Shown one piece after another: positions 1-6,955 of a DNA stretch of 12,097 nucleotides (its first letter is position 1; the number at the start of each line of letters is the position of its first letter). The translations under genes and the position numbers were made by a program. The DNA is from Candidatus Baldrarchaeum yapensis (GTDB taxonomy: Archaea; Asgardarchaeota; Baldrarchaeia; Baldrarchaeales; Baldrarchaeaceae), in the NCBI GenBank assembly GCA_016840465.1, contig JAEOSH010000059.1, forward strand, positions 1 to 12,097. Reading direction: 5' to 3'. A model generated the notes under the pieces. It was not told where the DNA came from and did no database searches. It saw nothing but the letters and a program-made list of their open reading frames with translations.

Positions 1-353
1 AGGATTGCCTCTACTCTCTTGAGGCTTCTCGTCACCGGGTCAACCTCGAGGCCGAGGCCCTCCAGCGCGTGCAGCCCCAGTACCTCGTTATCCATTTCCT
101 CGGCAAACACAACTATCGTCGTCGCCCTTCTTCCCATGCACTCGACGACTGCTTCACCCACGTTCCTTGTAATGGTCCTGTTATCAATTGTCCTGAACCT
201 TCTACTGTCTGAGGGCGCCACTCCCAGCGTCTTGAGGGTGACGCGTTTGATCCATGTGTACGTACTACCAGTATCGACGAGCAGATCAAGATCCACAAAC
301 CTGGACTCATCACGGGGATTGTAGACCCTGACCCTAGCAACCGTATGCCTCAT
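1..353 (-). CDS. Clan AA (retropepsin-like) aspartic protease, archaeal type; 3' end runs off the window
   Basis: Not in the ORF track; hand-translated from ATG at 353: MRHTVARVRVYNPRDESRFVDLDLLVDTGSTYTWIKRVTLKTLGV...NEVLGLHALEGLGLEVDPVTRSLKRVEAI. It has the LVDTGS catalytic motif and the downstream 'LG..ALE.LGL.VDP' motif typical of this family. GAGG lies just upstream of the start. Confidence 0.88.
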   Translation of the reverse strand, partial: MRHTVARVRVYNPRDESRFVDLDLLVDTGSTYTWIKRVTLKTLGVAPSDSRRFRTIDNRTITRNVGEAVVECMGRRATTIVVFAEEMDNEVLGLHALEGLGLEVDPVTRSLKRVEAI

Positions 354-682
354 GCGCAAACCTCGGACCTCAGCTACTACCTATGTAAGCGGAGAAATTC
401 CTTTAAACACAACTATTACTTCAAAAGTGCTGTCAGGTTAAAAACGGCACCTTTATCACTTTTGAAATCTTCCAAGAGGTAAATACTTTCCCTTTAGCCC
501 CTCCCACCGCCTAACCTCGTAATGTAGGAATCGCGGCGATCCTTTCAAGTGCCTCGCTGAGTCTCTTGATGTTGCACATTCCCGTTTTTCTCAGCTGAGA
601 AGGCCACAGAATTGGGATACATGCGGGGCTGGGCGGCCACATAAACCCTCACATACCTTAAGAAGGTATTTCAGAAGTGCTA

Positions 683-911
683 TTAATCCGTCCACCTGAA
701 GTGCTGTGTTGCTTCTTTTGTTGCGTTTTCGAATATTTCTGCGGCCTCTTTATCGTCCGCTAGTACTCCGTATAGGGTTTCGACGGCGTTGCTTCTCAGG
801 TAGTTTTCTAAGTTTGTTTATAAGATCTGAGAAGCTTTCACCCGGCTTTTTGAGGAATTTTAGTTTTTCGTATGCCTCGACGGTTACGGGGATGCTCTTG
901 TACCTTCGCAT
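683..911 (-). pseudogene. vapB: DUF217/COG1753-type antitoxin (VapB family), frameshifted at ~809
   Basis: ATG at 911 with GGAGG upstream gives MRRYKSIPVTVEAYEKLKFLKKPGESFSDLINKL, matching the family motif 'EAYE.LK..K..GESFSD.I..L'. Frame 0 then reads as non-family sequence to 750. The +1 frame continues ENYLRSNAVETLYGVLADDKEAAEIFENATKEATQHFRWTD* (stop 683-685), which resembles the expected acidic C-terminal helix. Confidence 0.75.
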
Positions 912-1065
912 GTTTACGCCCTCCGCGTATTCCACATTTGGGGATCGGGATATGTGAGGGCACGTTCTATACAACATTAACATTGAGTGTAGAGATCATA
1001 AGGGCGGATGCATTTTCTGAAAACAAAAAGGAGGGAAAGTTGGGTTGGGCATGTGCTGACAATCG

Positions 1066-2502
1066 TCAGTCTAGGGAACTTCTTATTCCGGCGAGGTATT
1101 CTGCGATTTTCTTCTTTTCGCCGAAGTTGTAGCTTGCCGCTATTATTATTTCTTCCATTATGGGGGAGCCACCGCCGTGCACGCCCGCTACTTGGGACAC
1201 TCCGGTGAGAGCGGAGCACAGCGTATCTGACAGGAATCTGAAGCACCTGTGTATGTTTTCTGCGGGAATTCCCTCCTTTCTTTTGATGTACTTTTCGAGG
1301 TACGGTTTTGTTTCGGGGTTTATGAATTCATCCTCGTAGGGCAGGGTTGCGGGGAGCCCTCCCGCGAGTTCGGTTAGGATTTCGTATTCACGGTAGATGT
1401 GGACGCCTGCATGTCTTCTTCCGACGTTTGTGTAGATGACGTTTGGTATCTGGGTGCCGGACGGGTGCTTTGTGGAGGTGACAGCGGACGCTATGCCCGC
1501 GGCGTATACCAGTTCTCCCACGCATACCAGTTCAACGAGTCTGGATCTGACGTGTGGCTTGTCCCTGATTCCGTTGTATTCGGATACGAGTACTGAGGCT
1601 CCTAGGATGATGTCCGTGACCGCCGGTTTGCATCCTGTGTAGCTGTGTCTGTGGAAGTTGGCGAAGTGGTGCGCCAGTACTCCGGCGTAGGGCCACTCGC
1701 CGCATAGGAACACTCTTTCCCAAGGGACAAAGACGTCGTCGAACACCACGAATGAGTCTCCGACCCCGTATACTTCCGCGGGGCAGTGTAGTTCCTTTCG
1801 GGGCCTCGGGTATGCTACTCTTGTGATGAGTTTTACTCCCTCCGTATCGGCGGGTATTGCGAACGCGACGGCGTAGTCCTTATCTTTTTCGGTCATTGCC
1901 CTTGTAGGGAGCACTATGATCTCGTCTGCGTATGCTGCCATTGTTATGTGGTTCTTTGCGCCCCTTACGATGATTCCCTCGTCGGTCTTTTTGACTATTC
2001 TGACGTAGAGGTCGGGGTCGGGCTGCTGGTGGGGTCTAAGGCTTCTATCTCCTTTGACGTCGGTTTGTGCCGCCGCGGCGGTGAGGTCGTTCTTTTGGAA
2101 GTACTCGAGGTATTTGAGGAAGTTTTTGTGGTAGTCTGTGCCGTATGCTTTATCGACCTCGTAGGTTACGACGGAGAGGGCGTTGATGGCGTCACATCCC
2201 ATGCATCGCTGTATGCATCCGCCGGTTATGTGGCACAGTTTTCTTATCATTTCCTGCTTTTTGAGGAGGTCTTCGGGGCTTTGGGCTATGTGGGTGAAGC
2301 GGTTTATTTCCTGACCTGTGATATGGGATTTTGTTACTAGGAGGTCTTTATATTTTGGGTCCATAGCGAGTTCGAATGTTTTCGCGATTACTCTTATTCC
2401 ATACATCAGGAGGTGATGGTCGCGCGAGACACGTTTTCCTTCCATGTACACGTTTGGCTTCATTTTCTTGAGGTCCTCGATGTACTCCTCGGGGGTCCGC
2501 AT
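1066..2502 (-). CDS. abfD: 4-hydroxybutyryl-CoA dehydratase / vinylacetyl-CoA delta-isomerase family protein (HpaB/AbfD fold), divergent
   Basis: 478 aa. Motifs CIQRCMG and HRHSYTGCK supply the 3 Cys + 1 His [4Fe-4S] ligands; also QTDVKGDRSLRPHQQPDPDLY, RGAKNHIT and HGGGSP. GGTGA RBS at 2510-2514. Confidence 0.9.
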   Translation of the reverse strand: MRTPEEYIEDLKKMKPNVYMEGKRVSRDHHLLMYGIRVIAKTFELAMDPKYKDLLVTKSHITGQEINRFTHIAQSPEDLLKKQEMIRKLCHITGGCIQRCMGCDAINALSVVTYEVDKAYGTDYHKNFLKYLEYFQKNDLTAAAAQTDVKGDRSLRPHQQPDPDLYVRIVKKTDEGIIVRGAKNHITMAAYADEIIVLPTRAMTEKDKDYAVAFAIPADTEGVKLITRVAYPRPRKELHCPAEVYGVGDSFVVFDDVFVPWERVFLCGEWPYAGVLAHHFANFHRHSYTGCKPAVTDIILGASVLVSEYNGIRDKPHVRSRLVELVCVGELVYAAGIASAVTSTKHPSGTQIPNVIYTNVGRRHAGVHIYREYEILTELAGGLPATLPYEDEFINPETKPYLEKYIKRKEGIPAENIHRCFRFLSDTLCSALTGVSQVAGVHGGGSPIMEEIIIAASYNFGEKKKIAEYLAGIRSSLD

Positions 2503-2533
2503 ACTCAGGTCACCTGTGGTAATGATTTTGGAT

Positions 2534-2549
2534 GGAATATATTATATTG
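2534..2549 (-). promoter_or_regulatory. Candidate TATA box for the abfD-like gene
   Basis: AT-rich stretch (minus strand CAATATAATATATTCC) about 35-45 nt upstream of the ATG at 2502, with the GGTGA RBS in between. Confidence 0.4.
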
Positions 2550-2749
2550 TTGTGAGAAATAAAAAATGAATGGGACCGTGGGGGACCCATTGGGTGCGCG
2601 TGCGGTTCATGTGACAGTTGCTATTAGTTGTTACTAATTGTCATGCATTGTAATTCACATGTTTTAGTAGATGGAGGATTGATTATATGATGTAATGCCA
2701 AAAATAATTAGGGAGAAGATGAAGTATTGCATGCGGGGGGAACTGGTGC

Positions 2750-2983
2750 ATGAAGGTTGTCCAGACGGTTGTTCCTGACGAGTTGCACAAGAAGCTTGTG
2801 GAAATTTCGAGGAAGGAGGGAAAGTCGATAAAGCAGATAGTCAGGGAGGCGCTTGAGGAGTGGATTGCGTGGAAGAGCGAGATCAAGGACGACGCTTTTC
2901 TTAATTTCAAGCCGGAGGACTTCGGGGTTGAAACGGATTCCAGCAGGTTGGAGAAGGTGCTGTATGGGGAGGAGAGGAAGTGA
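2750..2983 (+). CDS. vapB: Ribbon-helix-helix (CopG-like) antitoxin of a VapBC pair
   Basis: 77 aa with an RHH N-terminus (VVQTVVPDELHKKLVEISRKEGKSIKQIVREALEEW) and an acidic tail. It overlaps the downstream PIN gene by 4 nt (GTGA). Confidence 0.85.
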   Translation: MKVVQTVVPDELHKKLVEISRKEGKSIKQIVREALEEWIAWKSEIKDDAFLNFKPEDFGVETDSSRLEKVLYGEERK

Positions 2984-3396
2984 GAATATTTGTGGATGCG
3001 TCGGCGTACATTGCGTACTTCAACGTTCGTGATAAGAACCACGGAAGGGCGATGAGTTTTCTGGAAAGGGTGAGGAATCGCGAAATATGGCCGGTGGTGT
3101 TTTTCACTTCCGATTACGTGTTCGATGAGGTTGTTTCGGTGATCCTGATATTGACGGGAAGAAGGGATCTCGCGGCGCGGGTGGGGGATGCTATCTTATC
3201 TTCGAAGATAACTAGGGTCATCAGGGTGAACAATGAAATCTTTCGAAGGGCGTGGGACTTATTCAAAAAATGTAAAGAGAAGTCATGGACTTTTACCGAT
3301 TGTACGTCTTTCATAATTATGGAGATGAACGGGATAAAGACCGCGTTTACCTTCGATGAGCACTTTAGGGAGGCCGGGTACACGGTAGTTCCATGA
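2980..3396 (+). CDS. vapC: PIN-domain ribonuclease toxin (VapC)
   Basis: 138 aa with the PIN acidic tetrad pattern: FVDASAY, TSDYVFDEV, TFTDCTS and FTFDEHF. Confidence 0.93.
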   Translation: MRIFVDASAYIAYFNVRDKNHGRAMSFLERVRNREIWPVVFFTSDYVFDEVVSVILILTGRRDLAARVGDAILSSKITRVIRVNNEIFRRAWDLFKKCKEKSWTFTDCTSFIIMEMNGIKTAFTFDEHFREAGYTVVP

Positions 3397-3401
3397 TTGA
3401 G

Positions 3402-3421
3402 TATCCGCAAGGACGCGGATA
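3402..3421. terminator. Stem-loop in the gap between convergent vapC and Fe-S genes; possible terminator or RNA-stabilising hairpin
   Basis: TATCCGC-aaggac-GCGGATA, a perfect 7-bp stem in the 41-bp gap between two convergent stop codons. No U-tract is adjacent. Confidence 0.35.
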
Positions 3422-3437
3422 ATGGACGGAGGGGTTG

Positions 3438-4592
3438 TCATTCCAGGGCCTTTGCGACGAGTTCGGTGATGTCGAGGACCTCAAGTTGCACGCCGTAGTG
3501 TTCACTCGCGTCTTTCAGGTTTCTCTTGCAGAACGGGCATGATGAGACCAGAACGCTAGCATTTGTCTTAAGTGCGTCTTCTAATCTCCTGTATGCAGTT
3601 TTTAGTGCGAAGTCTGGGTAACCTGACTTTACGCCGCCGCCCGCGCCGCAACAGAACGCATTTTCTCTAGTTCTCTTCATTTCTATGAGTTCAACTCCTA
3701 AGCTTTTCAGTACTGTTCTTGGCGGGTCGAAGATCTTGGCGTGCCTCGCGAGGTGGCACGGGTCGTGGTAAGTAACCTTGAGATCGAGTTTGTTCTCGAA
3801 TTTCAGTCTTCCTTTCTTTATTTCTCGTTCTAGGAACTCCGTGATGTGGAGTATTCTGAATCTCGGGTAGACCCGTAGTTTCCGCGGGTAGTCTATTCTG
3901 AAGGTTCTATAGCATCCCGCACACGAGGTTACGATTTCTTTAACCCCAAGGCTGTGGATCAGCTTGACGTTGTGTTTTGCGAGATCCCTCACGATATCTG
4001 TCTGCCCGGTTCTGAGAAGGGGAGAGCCGCAGCACCACTCGTCCGGAAGGATAGTGAATTTCACTCCCAACGCACTCAGTATTCTGACGGTTGCGATGGC
4101 GATCTCCGTCTGCCTGTAGGACGATGTGCATCCGACGAAGTAAACTATGTCAGGCTTGTCGCTGAGCTCCACGTCCTTTGGAAGCCATTTAAGTCTGTCT
4201 TCATGTTTTTCGAAGTAGGGGTTATGCTCCTTCAGGACGTGCTCGCCGAACTGCTTATGTCTGGGAAGGGGGCCCACACCATCTTTCACAGCCTTTTCTC
4301 TCAACGCCTCTATAATTTCGGTGATGTACTGGCTTATGGGGTATATGCATTGGGTTGTGCAATTTCCGCATGTTGTGCATGAGTAAAGCACATGAATCAG
4401 GTGATCGGTCCATTTGAGTTCGCCGTTAAGTATTCCTTTCGCTATGCTCATTCTTCCGGGTGCGCTATAGATCTCAAATTTGTATTCCACGAGTGATGGG
4501 CAATTTTCGTAGAAGAGGGGGTGTCCAGTGAATGTGCAGTACTTACACTGATAGCATCGATGCAGGATTTCACTCAATTTCTCTAACGACAT
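3438..4592 (-). CDS. HdrD/GlcF/GlpC-like Fe-S oxidoreductase subunit (two 4Fe-4S motifs plus two CCG domains)
   Basis: 384 aa. Ferredoxin-type motifs CYQCKYC...CP and CTTCGNCTTQC. CCG domains GC..WCCGSP..SCAGC and HDPCHL..FCCGAGGG..SCPFC. RBS GGAGGATGGTGAG upstream. Confidence 0.92.
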   Translation of the reverse strand: MSLEKLSEILHRCYQCKYCTFTGHPLFYENCPSLVEYKFEIYSAPGRMSIAKGILNGELKWTDHLIHVLYSCTTCGNCTTQCIYPISQYITEIIEALREKAVKDGVGPLPRHKQFGEHVLKEHNPYFEKHEDRLKWLPKDVELSDKPDIVYFVGCTSSYRQTEIAIATVRILSALGVKFTILPDEWCCGSPLLRTGQTDIVRDLAKHNVKLIHSLGVKEIVTSCAGCYRTFRIDYPRKLRVYPRFRILHITEFLEREIKKGRLKFENKLDLKVTYHDPCHLARHAKIFDPPRTVLKSLGVELIEMKRTRENAFCCGAGGGVKSGYPDFALKTAYRRLEDALKTNASVLVSSCPFCKRNLKDASEHYGVQLEVLDITELVAKALE

Positions 4593-4611
4593 CTCTCACC
4601 ATCCTCCCGCA

Positions 4612-6024
4612 TCAGGGCGTCCACATGTGGGGATTCATTATATTATTCGGGTCGAGAAGCGCCTTTATCTTCTTAATAAGGTTTAGAAAGGCGGGGTCTG
4701 CGTGTTTTAGCACAATTTTCTGCAGTGAGGGCGAGGGTTTCCACGGCAGGCCTCCGAGGTTCAGCACCATTTCACAGATTTCCACGAGGGTGTCATGGAC
4801 CCTTTTCATCTCGTCAGGATCCTTCTTGTTGTAGGGGAACGTGTACATGATGAGGCATATGTGCCCGCCTCTGAACAGCCTTATGAGCTGGAGGTACTGG
4901 AGGTCATGTTTCTTTGCGATCTCAATACCGTTGTTCCATGCCTCCTTTATCCTCTCTATCGGCACGCAACAACCGAGGTACTCAACGCCTCCTCCTTCTC
5001 TGAGATCCATGAAGCCTAGGGGTTGCGGCAGCCAGAGCAGTACGTCCTTTACGATGTCGGGGGGTTCGAAGTATCTTATGGTGCTGCCCTTGCTTTTCTC
5101 GTCCTTTACGATTTTATCCACAGAATTTACTTTGAAATCGTACTCCTCCTTGGTCATGCCGCTCATAAATATGTCCATGTAGAACTCGGGGACGCCCGGG
5201 GGCTTCTCCCTCATTTGGTATCTCTCCCTTGAGGAGCCCGTCCAGCTTGTAACATCAATGTCGTCCGCGAGTCCCATCTTTGCGATTCTCATTATGAGGG
5301 AGATCACGTCCTCTATTTTGTCCGCCGCCAGTGTCAGAACACCTCTCACTTCCGGCTTGGGCCACAGCTGGATTCCCGCCTTCGTTATGATTCCCGTTGC
5401 CCCAAACCATCCGATGAAGAGTCCCGTCAGTTCCGGTAGGAATGCCCTTGTTATCCAAGAGGAGGTGACTGCACAGGATCCTACTCTTACCACCTCGCCG
5501 GTCGGTAGTACAACCTCTAGACCGTTTATGAGATCTTGGCTAAACCCGTACTTCAGGCTGGTATGTCCTCCGCCCCAAATTACCATGTTGGAAATTACGC
5601 CCACCGATGGTGGGGCATGCGGCAACGGGTACTCAAGATCCGGAAAGTTCTCCTCCAAGTACGTTTTCAGTTGGCCGGTTGTCACGCCCGCCTCCACGAC
5701 CGCGTACATGGACTCTCTGTTTACCTCGATGATTCTGTTCATCCTTTTAAGATCGATAACTATGCCTCCCTCACACGGAATCGCAAGACCCGAAAGGGAC
5801 ATTCCTCCGACGCGTGGGGTTATCGGAATCTTTTCCCTATTTGCAAGCGTCACTATTTTCTGAACTTCCTCGGTGCTTTTGGGCATGACGACGAAGGATG
5901 GCCTGCGCGGTGGCTCCAAGCTGGGATCATATGAGTAGTAGTACAGGACCTCCTCATCGTCGGAAACGTACTCCGGTCCTACAATTTTCGCGAGTTCCTC
6001 GCGTATTTTCTCGTGTTTATTCAT
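4612..6024 (-). CDS. FAD-binding oxidoreductase (FAD_binding_4, VAO/PCMH/GlcD superfamily)
   Basis: FAD-binding motifs P..VVMPKSTEEVQKIV.LAN..KIPITPRVGG.SLSG, GLEVVLPTGEVV and C-terminal LDPNNIMNP. The likely start is ATG 6024 (GGTGA 5 nt upstream); the ORF track extends to TTG 6036. Confidence 0.9.
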   Translation of the reverse strand: MNKHEKIREELAKIVGPEYVSDDEEVLYYYSYDPSLEPPRRPSFVVMPKSTEEVQKIVTLANREKIPITPRVGGMSLSGLAIPCEGGIVIDLKRMNRIIEVNRESMYAVVEAGVTTGQLKTYLEENFPDLEYPLPHAPPSVGVISNMVIWGGGHTSLKYGFSQDLINGLEVVLPTGEVVRVGSCAVTSSWITRAFLPELTGLFIGWFGATGIITKAGIQLWPKPEVRGVLTLAADKIEDVISLIMRIAKMGLADDIDVTSWTGSSRERYQMREKPPGVPEFYMDIFMSGMTKEEYDFKVNSVDKIVKDEKSKGSTIRYFEPPDIVKDVLLWLPQPLGFMDLREGGGVEYLGCCVPIERIKEAWNNGIEIAKKHDLQYLQLIRLFRGGHICLIMYTFPYNKKDPDEMKRVHDTLVEICEMVLNLGGLPWKPSPSLQKIVLKHADPAFLNLIKKIKALLDPNNIMNPHMWTP

Positions 6025-6057
6025 TTTACTCACCAAAAAATTATGTGAGGAGGTACG

Positions 6058-6564
6058 TCACTCCTCCTCTTCCTGCATTTCTATTATTATCTCGCAGACA
6101 GGATCTCCTCTTGCGATTGCCTTAGGTATTGAGCACTTAGCATTGACCCCGAGTCCTTCGTAAAGCCCGGTTATGTAGGCCGCGAAGAGGTTTGTGCAGA
6201 TTTCGGGTGCCCTTCTTATAGCTCTTGCAACTGGGCATTTCTTTTCTATCTTAACTGCTCTGGCGGGGGAGAACTCCTCCCACTCTCCCTCTATCCCTAT
6301 GGAGTCGTCGGTCAGGTCTATTACTTTCGTCATCGCGGTTGCATCTCTTTCCTCTATTTTAAAAGCCTGAGCAACCCGAGGCGCGATTTCCCGGCCCATC
6401 TTCCTGAACTCCTCTTCCAGCCCTTTGAGGGCCTCTTCCCCGTACTTGTCGAGAATGTACCTCATGGCCCTCGCAAACCACCTGAAGACCTGATCTGCGG
6501 CCATAATGGCGGCTCTTTTGATCTCCTCACTCGTGCTCATAGAAGAACCACCCAGGCGCTCCAT
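6058..6564 (-). CDS. Small ATC-hydrolase-like / V4R(H-NOX)-fold protein, probable ligand-binding domain
   Basis: About 160-168 aa with a helical N-terminus, then CP...C...C and a terminal 'IARGDPVCEIII' motif typical of the L-2-amino-thiazoline-4-carboxylate hydrolase/V4R group. The start is either ATG 6540 (GGTGG RBS) or leaderless ATG 6564. Confidence 0.72.
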   Translation of the reverse strand: MERLGGSSMSTSEEIKRAAIMAADQVFRWFARAMRYILDKYGEEALKGLEEEFRKMGREIAPRVAQAFKIEERDATAMTKVIDLTDDSIGIEGEWEEFSPARAVKIEKKCPVARAIRRAPEICTNLFAAYITGLYEGLGVNAKCSIPKAIARGDPVCEIIIEMQEEEE

Positions 6565-6590
6565 TTACTGAAAAAGTTTCTGTGAGAACA

Positions 6591-6598
6591 TTATAAAA
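6591..6598 (-). promoter_or_regulatory. TATA box for the V4R-like/flavoprotein/Fe-S operon
   Basis: Minus-strand TTTTATAA 27 nt upstream of ATG 6564, the canonical archaeal TATA spacing to a transcription start. Confidence 0.5.
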
Positions 6599-6955
6599 AT
6601 GTCTGCATCTAATAAGATTGTTTCGAACTGCATCCATGCTGGGAAAAATTGCAGAGAAGAACTTTAAAACGACAAGATTTTCGTGAATATGAGCATATGG
6701 CGGATCTGTGGGTGCTGGTCTTGCTGAGATAGATGGCCCACCGCCGCGTGGCTCCTGATACCGTTATGAACATTTCTCTCAGTGAGGGATCGCCTCTGGT
6801 TGAGACGACGCATGCGGCTGACATATCCCTTTGCCGAAGTGAGGCATCTAATTATGCCTTTTTTGCAGAGATCCGAATTGTAGGAAAGATATTTAATGGC
6901 AGTTGTTAATTATATTCACACACGTGGACACATCTCTACGAAGGTGGGAGAAGAG

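Noticed and set aside
19-340. Track ORFs 19..324 (+) and 113..340 (-)
   Set aside because: Antisense or alternative frames of the real aspartic protease gene, which the track missed because it runs off the window edge.
588-601. Perfect 14-bp palindrome TTCTCAGCTGAGAA
   Set aside because: About one 7-bp-arm palindrome is expected by chance in 12 kb, and it is not positioned at a promoter or gene end.
706-1246. Short ORFs 706..957, 872..1132, 977..1246 and 1008..1208
   Set aside because: They overlap the antitoxin pseudogene or the abfD 3' end, have low-complexity or Arg-rich composition, and show no RBS or motif.
3940-5934. Plus-strand ORFs antisense to the Fe-S and flavoprotein genes (e.g. 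3954..4382, 5258..5863, 5536..5934)
   Set aside because: Fully overlapped by well-supported genes on the opposite strand, with no independent coding signal.
6609-6900. Minus-strand ORF 6609..6824 and an open frame reading ...DLCKKGIIRCL... (wHTH-like by eye)
   Set aside because: No convincing start or RBS and no family motif. The region is better explained as a divergent promoter spacer.
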